This document shows positions 10,401-22,800 of a stretch of 64,000 bases of DNA, one piece after another; the first letter of the stretch is position 1; each line of letters begins with the position of its first letter. This stretch comes from Hyphochytrium catenoides (lineage: Eukaryota > Protista > Hyphochytriomycota), in contig FLMG01003887.1 in assembly GCA_900088475.1 (NCBI GenBank), positions 1 through 64,000 on the forward strand, given 5' to 3'. The translations under genes were made by a program, and so were the position numbers. The notes beneath the pieces were generated by a model. The model saw only the letters and a list, made by a program, of their open reading frames with translations, was not told where the DNA came from and searched no databases.

Positions 10401-13400
10401 CTCTCTCTCTCTCTAATCAAGAGACCCCTCATTCCACCTTGCTATATACCATAATTCTATCTCTGCATAACCTGTGATGCTTTCCTGTGTTTTCACATTG
10501 TGGACGCGGCTGTGGCATTCCTCAAGAAGCATTCTTGTTACCTCTCCCCTATCGCACATGGCAGTATATGTTGATATGGATGCCTCTTCCTTGCCAGCCT
10601 TTCCTTGCCACAACGTTCCTGACTTGCCGCCCTATCCTCAATAACAGAACCTGGTCTTAGCCCATTTGAGCCAGCCCAAGCAGCCGGAAATGCTTTCAAT
10701 ATGTCTTCCTACCCTCCTCCGTTCCTCTTTGTCCCGACCACTGCCAATCCTGGGGACACGTCTGCACAGACCGAGCCCGCTCTCAATTTCAGCTCCTGCG
10801 GCTACTTTCTGGAAGCTCGAGGACCCACCATCTTGTTTGTCAACTCAGAAGAGTTCAGGGCACCTGTTAAGGTACAGCTTGACCGAGGGTGTCTTACTAC
10901 TCTCCCTTCTTGTACATTATACTATCCGCCGTCGACTTTCCTCGCCCTGAGCATTGTAGTGTCGGGGTAGAGTCACGCTATTCCGAAGCCGCCGCTCTTG
11001 CTGACAAGCTTACCTTACTGTTCTTAATGACGGTGTTACCTTCTTCTGGCCTTGAATGCTCAATGAGTCCGCCGTGTCATTCGCGTCGCGTTCACATGTG
11101 TTGTAGGCTATTATTCGCAAGAAAGGATTAACCGACGAGCCAACTAGATGGAGCTACACGAATTGGCACTTTCTATTCGATATTTCTCCATACAATGTCC
11201 GCTTCGAATCCATCTTCCAGCAGGGGGAGCAAGTCATAGCGGAAGAGGGGGACTATGCAGGCGTTGTTGCCAATATCCCCTCTGTGGCTGCATCCATTGG
11301 GCAGAATTACTCATCATTTTTCATCTATACTGAAGGCAGGCCATTCGAGGTTGACGTCCCAGGAGGTAAGATATCTTGTCATGCAAATGAATTGATTCTG
11401 GTGGCGTGGTTCTGGCGTCCGGTCTGCTGCTGTCCTCACTCCCTGGCCATACTGTCCTCCTCTTCGTTACGCAGATCACAATGTTTTTCTTCGTGGTCTG
11501 ACGTCTCAAGATACGGTTCAGTCCATATATCAGGACAGTCGATTTCAGCCTACGGATCAGTTTCTGTGCAATATTCCCGTGATGATTGGAGAATATCGTG
11601 AGTAATTTGCGTAGGAGTGAGCAGTGTGGATGTTGACGTTCTGTGCGCTGCTATCTATGGCCTTCCAAAGCCAAGAAGTTATCTTCCCTCTTTTGAACAG
11701 TTGGCTTTTTGGTCTACAACCACTTCATTTGCCTTGGTCAGTGGTACGCTCAATCGTTTTCGGGATATGTCTCTATCAACTAGTGGGTTCTGGTCTCTTG
11801 AAGGGTGAATCTGACCGACGTATTTTTGCAGAGTCAAGTAGCTGGTCCACGATTTGGCTAGTCTGTATTAGTGGAGCACTTGTCGCTGTCTTCCTCACGT
11901 TCGGCATCTCTTTATTTCTTGCCAAAGTCGGACTCTGCCATGCCAATTCCAGGCGGTATGACACCTTCCTCCTTGCTGAGACAATCTTGGTCGCTTGCTC
12001 TGTCCCGTTGCTTTGGTTCCTTGCCAGCTGCTTATGTCTCTTCACTGTTTCCACGCAACTGTTTGGTGGAGACATTCGTCTTTATGCTAAGGTTAAGCAT
12101 TGCTTTTAGGTCGTTTTGACAAATCGTTCATTTCCATGCCAAGTCTAATAATAACTACTTCCCTTCCGATGTCTACTGATTGTCGATGAGCAGCGATAAT
12201 TGGCTTTACCTATTGAAAGAAGTTAGGGAACATTCCTCATGGAAGCGCAAAAACCGCTTCAAGTCGTTTGCTCCTGTCCGCCAGCCACGAAATTCGGAAG
12301 ACCCACATGCAACGACTTCGTCTTTTAAAGAGCTAGACAAGGTACGTTTACTCTTCTAAAAGCACTTGACGGAGCTTCAGCATCGGTCCAGAAGTCTGTT
12401 CTTATCTTTCCTATCACCTTTCATCTCCTCTTGGCTATTCCAGCACTTGCCCTCTGCGCTACCCATTCCCAACTTGTCTGTAGATCAACTAGTATTCGAG
12501 TACTTTGCCTATTCATTACATATGGCAGTCTAGGTTCTGATACTCTAGTCTTTGCTCTACGGTTCCTCGCAGGGAAGTAGCAAAGTCTTGCGGGCACGAT
12601 TTCCATCTAAGCAGAGCACCACCAGGATTGTAAGCAAGCGCTACCCTCATCTTTCGTTCAAGATTTCCGGAGGGGAGGGCATCGATCTGCTTTCTCCGTC
12701 TGAAGCCATCTCCTTCCCATTTCACTCTGCGACTTCCCAAACTGTGGCACACTCACTTGGGGGAAATAGCTCGGGTGAGCTGAGAGCTAACGGTCATGGG
12801 CAGTCCATAAGTACTCCTCCAGCCTCATTCAAAGACTTGGAAGACGAAGAAGCACAGCCAGAAAAACGAGAAAGGGAGACTGACGAAGATGGCGCTGAGG
12901 GAGGTATTGCCGTTAAGGAAGAGCTCAATGGGCCGAAGGTCAAGTTATTCGTTGATGCGGAACGTACCTTCTCCGCCATGTATGCCGCACTTGTGGCTGC
13001 GGAAGAGCAGGTTTGGCGTCTAAACTCTCCTTTCTCCCACTTCCTTTTCTACACATCCATGCTACACTGTGGCTTCCAGGTTACCGCTGGGTTTGCTATC
13101 GGTGGTTACACTTTCAGTTCTCGCTTGGTTTTCCCTAATCCTTCCATTAGCCTTCTATAATACACTCTCCCGTGCGGCATCTAGCTGACGATCACTCTAT
13201 ACGCTATAGATTTTGATTGCAGGCTGGTGGATCTGTCCTGACGTCCACCTTGTACGGAAACCTCATCTTTTTGGAGATAGCAAGTTGGACAATCTTCTGT
13301 TAAAGAAAGCGGAAGGTGAGTTCTACTAGCATCTCGGGCCCTGCTCCACGCATTTCTGCACTTTCTGCTCTCCTTCTTCATAAGGGAGAACCGAGCATCT

Positions 13401-16400
13401 CGGGAAACCTAGTGTTTTTACAGCCAAATGGGCGCTCATGGAAAGAAGTAATGCGTTTCGAACAGAAAAGTAGATCTCTCGGCGGTCTCTAACTCTTGCC
13501 CCTCGTGCCTCGTGCCTCACGGTGAATTCGGTGCGCTCGATTCTTGCTCTTTATCATCATCAAACCCCGACTCAATGTGGCGCAGAGGGGGTAGAGATCT
13601 ACATCCTAATGTACAAAGAAGTAGCGCTGGCACTGACATTGAATAGTGCGTACACAAAGAGGCGGTTGATGCAGCATCAGAATATTCACATTATCAGACA
13701 TCCCGAGGACTTCCAGCTGCTGGACCTGGGTTTCTGGTCTCATCATGAGAAAATTCTCTGTGTCGACCAGAGGGTTGCCTTTGTGGGAGGTAGGAAGAGC
13801 CACAAGATTGCAATTTCCTGAACCCTCACTATACATCTGAGCCTTTTTACGAGCTACGTGCAGACCTTTTTCGTGAGAGGCGTGTTTGATTGTATCTCGT
13901 CCGTTGGCTAGTGGTACGCTTTTCGACTTTTGTTCTGCCAATTGACCCGATCTTTCCCTTGCAGGTTTGGACCTTTGTTTTGGTCGGTGGGACACTCCCG
14001 ATCACAGACTAGTCGATAGTGAACAGCCTTACACCTGGCCTGGAAAAGACTACTCGAACCCCAGGCAAGAAGCTGCACGTTTCACACTAGCTCCCGCTGT
14101 GGCTCTATTGTCCGTTCCATAAAATCCTGTTCTTGAAAGCTTGCTATGTTGACCCGCCAAATTGCGGTACCTGTCAGATTGCGATTACGTCTTTCTTCTA
14201 ACACCTTCTTCGTGGACACAGGGTAAAGGACTTTGTTGAGCTGGACAAACCTTATGAAGATCTAGTTGATAGAAAATCAGTCCCAAGAATGCCATGGCAC
14301 GATGTCCACTGCGGGTAAGTAGAGATAAAACGTACGAGGTTAAGCCTATGGAGACGCTGTTGGTAGTCTCCCAGGAGCCTTACGTCCTCTGGTCTGCAGT
14401 GTCTTTGGTCTACCAGCTCAAGATATTGGACGACACTTTGTGCTTCGGTGGAACTACATTTGTATGGGAGTGCGCTATGACCTTAAGACAGGTGAGGGGG
14501 AACGGAGTTAGTCGCAAGTATTGTCGCCTTCCTGTGGACCTCTTTTCAAGGTTTCTGATAGCTACATTTGTCATGCGAGTTGGCCAGAGTGCTCTGATGG
14601 CAAGAACTACTGATGTTGGTCATTCGCTTGTCTTCAAACTCCACCCTGTTCTCTCTCCTTTATTGGCATGGCTGCCTGGCTCTCCAACAGTTGCCTTTTA
14701 TGTTCACTCTTATCAAGTACTCCCATTCACTGTGGATCACGCGACTCTTTAGGTCTTTGTCGCTGTTTTCGGCGGCGTCGGCTTCGTCGTGTCGAAAAGT
14801 GCCTGATACCCTACGACTATCAGAATATCTCTGATTCCACGTCGAGCGAAGATTTTGCTCGCTCTTTTGTGGAGGAGCAAGGACCAACTTCTGCTCCACA
14901 AAGGTGGATAATAGGGCGTTTAGGGATGCTTTACCTGTTACCCTGCCATTGTTGCCCAATTCTACTTTGCCCTGTCTGCTGTCGCATTTGGCCTCCTGGA
15001 ACGTTTTGTTGACGCCCGTTTCGCCCGTTTCCGTTGGCTGTCCATCCTTTTGTAATGTCTACCTCTCTTTCGTTCTACTTGGCGCGGTCCGTCTCCTAGG
15101 TAATCCTCTGCCGGGGGATAACGCCCGTCGCTAGTGTGCACGACGACCTTACCTGTTGTCCATCCATTCCTGAGCGATCTCTGAACAGGCTTGCGCTAAC
15201 ATTGAGCTATATTTTCCCATCATCCAACCCTTTAGTGGGGCTCCATCAATTTTGGAAAACAACAAGCCTAGTAAAGTCAAAACTCAGGATGTAGTCAAGG
15301 TTCCTTCCTCCTCAGCAATGTTGCAGCAGCCTCTACCACCCCGGTTGTCGGCGCATGGAGGGATAGAGAGGTAGGGAGTGTTGACAATCCTCCACTTCAT
15401 CATTTCTCGTGCTTTGGTCCGCTAAGTGACAATTGCAATACTTGGACCGAACCAGGCTGCTAACAGAGAAATGGCTGCGGACGGCCAGCGCCGTAAGCGA
15501 AGACAACTGGGTGGACGCTCAGTGTCAGGTTATTAGGAGTCTATCCAAGGTACGTAGCGCTTTCCAGACGTCGAGTTTGCTTTGCTTGCTTGTCGCCGTC
15601 CCTCACCATTTCTCTCAGCTCACTATCCTGTGTAGGGTGTTATGCCAACTCTCCTCTTTCAGCTTAGCGCTCATCGTGTCTATCGTGGTCTATATACCTA
15701 TTAACGCCGTTCTGCTGATTTTTATATTTTCTTCCTTAGTGAAGCGTTACATTGCGTTATTGCGTTACGTTTGTGGGTCACCCATGCTCTGCACCATGGC
15801 ATTTTTTGACCTCGCTTCTTTGGGTGGACCCTGCCGCCTCACCCTTGGCTGATCGTCCACTCACCCACCCCACCAACTCCGTTCTGTGTGACCCTTCATG
15901 CCACGTAGTGGTCAGGCGGCATAAGAACTGAAGCCAGCATTCAGAACGCCTATATCAAGCTTATTCATGGCGCCAAGTCATTTATTTATATAGAAAACCA
16001 GTTTTTTGTCTCCGGCCTGCAAGGGACTTTTGACGTCAAGAACCGGGTGTTGCAGGCGCTTGTTGAGAGGATCACAGAGGCCATCGAGAAAGGAGAGATC
16101 TTTCGGGTTATTGTTGTTATGCCTCTTCTCCCAGCGTTCGAAGGTGAAGTAGACGGAGGGCAGGCATCTACGTTGCATGCTGTGATGCACTGGCAGGTAA
16201 GAAAGCTTAACTTTCCAGCTGCAGAAAGCATTGGTTTTACGATTCTCCTTTATGTCTTCTTCCACTCCTTGTGGTTTCTCGCCTTCCCTCATTGTTGTCC
16301 TGCTGCTAGTATCAAACCATATGCAGAGGAGGACAGTCGCTGTGGGAGAAGGTTGCAGAATTGACTTCGTCACCTGAAAGCTATGTGGCTTTTTTCGGTC

Positions 16401-19400
16401 TCCGGACTTATGATACACTTCCTAACGGAGAGTTTGTGACGGAACAAATATATGTACATAGTAAATGTATGATAGTTGACGATAGAAAGGTGCTTATAGG
16501 GAGTGCCAACATCAACGATAGGAGCCTCAATGGGCACAGGTAAACATCGCCGTCTATCTTCGAAGTCCCTTCTCAGTCTTCCTACCCAAAGACATGCCCA
16601 TGAAGGTCTATGCTTTCTTCCTGACTCGGAATGACTCCTCTCTGGGACCTGACTCCAAAGTGTTTGTTTTGATGTCGCGTCGCGTCGCGTCTTTCACTTC
16701 CGTCTTGGCCTTCTCCGAATTCTCATCTGTACTTACCTACACCTCCCACCTCACTTCGTTTTCAATTGGGCTTTCCCCTGTTTTACTCTCAACGCTGGGT
16801 GCCGTATCCTTTGTAGGGACTCCGAGATCGCTGTGGTAATAGAGGACGTCAACTTCATTGAAGGCTTCCTCGCTGGTAAACCCGCAGCGTTGGGAGTCAC
16901 CGCTCATCAGCTTCGCCTCTCTCTTTTTAGAGAGCACCTAGGGATACAAGAGGACAACGATGAGAAGATACGGCAGATCCTGGATCCAGCTGCAGACGAA
17001 TGTTGGGTGAGCGTCTTTTCCTTCTCAGATCGTGTACATACTAGTTGACCTCTCTTTCTGTTTGCAAGGTGGTATCTCTTCTTTTTGCATCCCCATGCGA
17101 ATACCACTGGCTTGTTGCTCCCCTTGCCCCTAGTTCTTCGACGTAGCTCCTAACATGCTGTCCATTCTTCTCTCGCTGTTAGTCATTCACACTTCTGCGT
17201 AAACTTTCGTTGACCGAGTTTCTTCGTTTCACCATATGCCTGCCTTTCTCAGGGGTATATTAATGCAAGGGCAAAAAAGAACACTGACATCTACGAAGCA
17301 GTTTTTCATCCATTCCCGTCTGATAGAGTAAAGACCTTTAACGATATTCGGTACGGTTGACTGCATCCACTGCCCCTTCTTTCTCTCTTTTGGGATGGAC
17401 CCAGTCTTGACGTTGCGTCTCTAGCTCATAGTGTACCCTCGTCCTAGTGTAGTTTCAATGCTGATTTCGTATCCCGTCCGGGCTCATATTTATCCCTTTC
17501 TTCTATATGCTGCATCTTGTTACGCCCAGCGGCTATGAGCTGGACGAAGTCTTCGAAAATCAGCGACACAACCGACTGCGAATGCAGCGGTGGTCGCAGG
17601 ACAATTTGAATGAAGATGATCCACCTTCCTGGTGCGACATAGCTGGCAGACCAGTCACAGGTAAGCAAAAGAGATCACTCCTCACTAAAGCCTCAAATGT
17701 TAAGTTCGAATTAGTCCCTGAATAGAAGTACTTGAGGGTCGTGCATGGGAGCTTTGTCATCTAGGAATGGGTGACGTATTGAATATGCTGTCTGGCATAG
17801 GTTTTTGATGTTTCTTCTTTCCCAAACCTGTACAAGGTCACGCCTTTGATCTCTCGGGCTGGGTAGTGGCAAAGCCGTCAGAGGAGGAAACTCTCCCGAC
17901 AGACGAGGAAGGCTGGGTCTACGCTTTCTCATTCTCTACGCTTAACCTTCCTATTCATGAGCGACCAATCTGGACAGGGACAGCTCTCAAGTAAGCGGAT
18001 CGACCTTCATTTATCCATGAATTCCTCTCTGATTTATTGGGACATTCTCCTTTTGACCATCGCTGTTGACTTCTATCATATTCTCTCCTCGCTTGCTTCG
18101 TCTTCCTCCATTATTGTCGACATCCCTGAAAGTTATCTCTTCTTCCCTTATCACGTTCTGAGGTCCACTATCTTTGCTTCGTCGCATAGTAACGGATCTT
18201 GAACTTTCTATAGGCCCATTGCTGCTGTCCGACGCCGTCGATGGGTACGCGCGGAACGCCTCTCTGGGTCAGAGGTTCTTATCACGCCCAGAAACTCTGG
18301 ACCGAATATTCACAAGCCGGGGCCAGATGCCATGAGTGCTCTCCACCGACTGGTCAATGAGGAGGAACGAGAGGATAGGATTGCAGGCAGGAAAGACACA
18401 GTTGAGATAATGTAAGCTGTCCTGCTCTTCCTTTGCTCTTGTCCCCTCTTACAATGGCTAACTTGAGTGATATTTTTCCGTGCAGAACGCCGCGTCAGGA
18501 CTCTCCATCCTCTTCCTTCCCACCAGAAGGAAGCCAGAGGAGAGGAAGGAAGGATTCCTCTGCATTTTGGATTGAAGGGATGCTGGACTTGGCGAAGAGT
18601 CAGGCTCAAAGTCTTCTCTCGTCCACCGCGGCAGCGGGTACACAAATTATGCAGAGATTAGACAAGAAGGCTGAAGAGAATCCCAGTTCTAATTCCCCCC
18701 CAGTACGTCCTCCCAGCTGCGGGCAGATTTCTACCTCTTCATTCGAGATGCCATGCTATTCAGTCTGCCTGCCCATTCGTCTGTTGGTTTCTGTTATTCT
18801 GAAGGGAAGCTCTCGAAATCTTAGGTTGTCCTTCAATTGACCTCTAATTCTGTTTTCTTTCATTCTCTTTCTTCCTGTTTCTGTCTCTTTCTCACTCTGC
18901 TCGTTCTCTCCATGCGGACGCTGATCTTCTTGCATTGCCTTCAGATGAGACTTGAGGATGCGAACAAGCTGAATCAAATCAACACGCTCACTCGAGTGCC
19001 AAAAGGTGGAGGAGGAGTACCAACAGAGGATTATCTAGCGGGAATGGATCTCATTGCTGGAGACAAAGAGGAGGAAGAGGAAGAGGATGAGGACAAGGAG
19101 TATGACATAAGTGGCATTATTCTCGATACTCTGCAGACAATGAAAGAGAGGAAAGGGCCTGACGAGGGAACTCTTGCGCCTCCTCCAGATGGATCTGCAG
19201 AGAGAGTCATTCCACGTGAAAAAGGTGTACCTTCATCTGGATCTTCACCTATCCTCCCTACGCCTGTGGCAGAAGAAGAGAAGCGCGCATCTTTCTCTCC
19301 GGCGTGCCCGCCGTCTTCTTTCGTAGACGCGAAGTTAGTGGACACTGTGACGAGCCCCACTGCGCTTAACTATTTAGCAGAAATGGACCAGTGGAACCGA

Positions 19401-19517
19401 GGCATCATCATGAAGAGGCTTTCGAAGATTGAAGGCAACTTAGTGAAGTTTCCTCTGCAGTTTCTGGTGAATGAGAATTTGAAGCCTTCGATGCTGCCCA
19501 AGGATTTGCACATATAG
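7462..19517 (+). CDS. Multi-exon phospholipase D with PX domain, PH domain interrupted by transmembrane segments, two HKD motifs and an inserted DysF domain (PXTM-PLD-like)
   Basis: PX exons ([29 protein letters not shown]...GPSLREGY); PH strands (RRWVVLKPS...EVLLFD); [10 protein letters not shown]; FVDAERTF; IAGWWICPD; HKD1 [19 protein letters not shown]|LDLCFGRWD (13735-13995); GKDYSNPR|VKDF; PRMPWHDVH; YIENQFF; HKD2 [25 protein letters not shown] (16450-16525); C-terminal [20 protein letters not shown], stop 19515-19517. Exon phasing at 11.4-12.2 kb and 14.5-15.2 kb is unresolved. Confidence 0.93.
9010..9097 (+). repeat. 44-bp tandem duplication covering a PLD 3' splice site
   Basis: tgatctcacttttccaatcccttc-acttgg-ttgcttagggctac (9010-9053) is followed directly by tgatctcacttttccaatcccttc-gtatga-ttgcttagggctac (9054-9097). 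Confidence 0.95.
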
Positions 19518-19802
19518 ATCAGAAAGTAGAGAGAGATGGCTGAGAGGTGATGGACACGACGATGTATACTAACGGACAGCTGCCTCCTCGGTAAAACTGT
19601 ATAGCTTTGTATAATGTATATGGACAACCACTAGCCGCCTTTTCATGTATCTCTCTCCTCACTGTAAAAGCTGCTACTCTGAGGTCTGGTACATAGCCTC
19701 ACCGTCCATTGCAGAGAGCGAAAGGTGGAAAGATACTATATAATATGCTATCAGCAGTCGTTCCCGGAACAGCGAAGGGCACTGGTGCGTTCTGAGTAAT
19801 TC

Positions 19803-22800
19803 TTAGGCAGTCTCTGTGGCCCAGACTCCATAGCCCATACACAGTCTACATCCAAAAGCTGATAGGAGGCAGCCAGTGAATGCCAAGCTAAGATAATGTA
19901 TGAGGAGAGACCTGGTGAACCTACGACTGATGGCGTGTGGACGAGATGAAGAAGAGTGCAACAGATATCTTAAAGCCCCTGCTAACAAGAAGGAGAAGAG
20001 AGGCGCAGGCTACTGTCGTCTTCTGATGGGAAGGGGCGGAAGGCTCTCTATCAAGCCAGAGGACGAAGAGAGAATCAGTCCTCGGCCCTGACAATCCCGC
20101 AAGACTTTCTCCCTCTTTTGATCGACTTCCCTGCGCGGAGGTACTGGACTTAGTCACAAACTTTGGTGTCCCCCTTAGGACTAAGCCTGTCTCTTCCACA
20201 CTTGGTATCAAGCCCTCTCCATCCTCCCTATCTTCCTGGCGATCACCTAACCTCGTTGGTCATCAGCTCTCGTCCTTTCTCTCTTCCTCCCCCATCTTTG
20301 TCACAAAGCTCTCTGCTTCCCAGGAGATTCTCTCACCTGCAATGAGGGTGATCGGACCCATACACAACCTCTAGAGTTGCTTTTGCCCTCGTGTAGCATG
20401 TCAAAGCATCCAAGGGTTGAAAGACAATGGATGATAAAGGAGGAAATAGACCCTGAATGCACGGCCACATTAGAGTGAAGGACCGGCCAGACGATAGAGC
20501 ACGGTCCGAGGTAGGGGTCTCCTACAGAGACATCGCTGAACTGATGTCTCTGTGGCCTCGAGCTGAAGGTGGCCTCGAGCCAGAGAAGGAGAGAAGGAAG
20601 AGAAGAGAGAAAGACCACGAGAGAGAGGGTCAAGGAGGAGCATATACAGACCGAGAGGGAGAAGACGAAATCGGGTAGCAGATAGAGGATGCTGAAGATG
20701 CTATAAGGGAAGTGAGGGAGATTATGAATCCACCTTCATCTCCTCGGATTCTTCAGAAGGCATTATATCTCTGGACCGCTGACAGTGCTCGATGTAATCT
20801 GCTTCATACACGAGAGACAACGGGACGCCATGCATAGCTGGAGAGCACAGATGTGAGAAACCACTTCGGATAGAGAAGACGAAGTCTAGAGAGGGAAGAG
20901 TCGCCTTTGACGTCCATCTCCCTCACTCTCTCTCTCCTCCCTCTCACACTTAACCAAATAAGCTCCTCACCTTACCTGCAATATCATCGCCCAGGTATTC
21001 GTAGCACCAGCCAAGTACATTACTAGGCCGAGGATAGGACGAAGAGAGAAAGCAAAGACGAGCACGCATATGATAAGCCGCTCGAGCAAATCTGAAGTCC
21101 ATCTGCAGGCAATCGATCAGCCACCCAAGAGAGGCCATTAGGTGCCGTAAGAGAGAGAGAGAGAGACATATGAGGCACAGCCATGACATCGGGGGTATCA
21201 GAAGGGAAGATAAGGGGACGGCGAAGGAGTCTAAAAACAGTAGAGATAGAGTCTAAACTGACGGAAAGGAAACAATTGCGGAGCTTGAGCTAAACCTTGG
21301 AACCGCAGATGAAATGGACGAGTTGGGATAGGGGAAAGCGCCGGTGCAGTGCAGGACATAAACAAGCTGGAAAGAGAGAACGTAAGAAGGAAGAATGGGG
21401 AAGAGGGCAGAAGAAGACCCTTGCGAAGGAGAAAGCGGGCATCGAGAGCCAGAGAAAGAAGTGCAAAAAAGCACCTTGAAAAGGTCATGGAGCAGATCGT
21501 GGGCCATAGCAACGATCCAGTGATTTTCAGCAAGTCCATGTTTAAAACATTCTCCATAGAGAGAGAGTAGAGGGGAGGGAGAAAGAAGAGAAGAGAAGTG
21601 ATCATGCATGTCTTCTATTTTCAAAGCGGCTTTGGCTTCAAACGTAAGAAGCTCTTTGAAGTCTTTCTCATCCGCTTTTCTGAGACAATGAGGACACGCC
21701 GGAGCAAAGCCTGATAGACAGAAGGATTGGCCTCAAAGAAGGAAAGAGCCTTAACGCGAAAGGACAGGCAGAGACGAACAACAGGAGAGCAGAGAGAAGA
21801 AAGAAAACGCTAGGACCGAGAGAGAGACGGGGAAAGGTTAAAAGAGAGAGTCTACCAGACCCAAAGAGAAGAAAAGAAGAGAAAAGTGAGAAGGAAGTTG
21901 GGGAATGTCTTGGCGTTGTCCCAACTCTAAGTTCAAGAGCAAAGGCCAACATGGGATTGAGGAGCTGCTCTCCTGAATGTCGGAAGAAGAGACAATTGTT
22001 GTTCGATAGAAGCAGCACCTTCGTCGTCTTCCTCTTGAAGAAAGATTAGTCCGTCGCATGCACCGCAGCGTACACCTCTTGTCCTCTCCTCTTCTTCAAC
22101 CTCTTTGTTGCGGCCAGTGCTCTTTGTCCGATAGCTGCAGCGAGGGCATGAGCAGAGAAAGTACTTGGAGTCAAGGAGAAGAGCTTGGCGATAGGAAGGA
22201 GGCTGCCACCTCTCTTGCAGAAAGTAACTATGGGTAATCTCTTCTCCTATCTCTATTGGACACAAGGCGCGCAGCTCCATCGTTTGACCTATGGGCAAAA
22301 AGCAGGAAACAGAAGGGTGAGAAAGTGATGGGACAAAGAGCATTGTCACAATAGCCAAATGATTTACCTAGCTGTCGCTCATTTTCTCTTACCTTTCTCC
22401 TCCCTAACTCCTATACCCTCCTCTTCTCTCTCTCTCCCTCTCTGCTGTGTGTCTCGATCTGTCTGTCTCTCTATCTACACAGCTACACCCACCCACACAT
22501 TCTCATTTATTTCTTTATCTCTGTTGATTTTTTGCTCCGTCTACCACTACGGCAGTGTCCCACCTTCCATGTTCCAGTTAGCGTTTGGTAGGCATGAGTG
22601 GTTGATCAAGCTGGTACAGAGAAAGAGACCCAAAGCCCCGTCTGAGACCCCAAACATGTTCGCAGAGGCAATCAGACAGACACGTAAGAGGAGGGCAGAA
22701 AGCGGACTCTCCTCCCTCTCATCGCGGCCTTCTCTCAGTACTTTTCTTTTCATGGAAAGCGGGAGGAGACCTAGGAGTTGTTCGCACCGCTGGTCGCTTA

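Noticed and set aside
20541-20581. Short repeat gtggcctcgagc occurring twice, 18 bp apart
   Set aside because: Small intronic duplication in the SET gene with no evident consequence.
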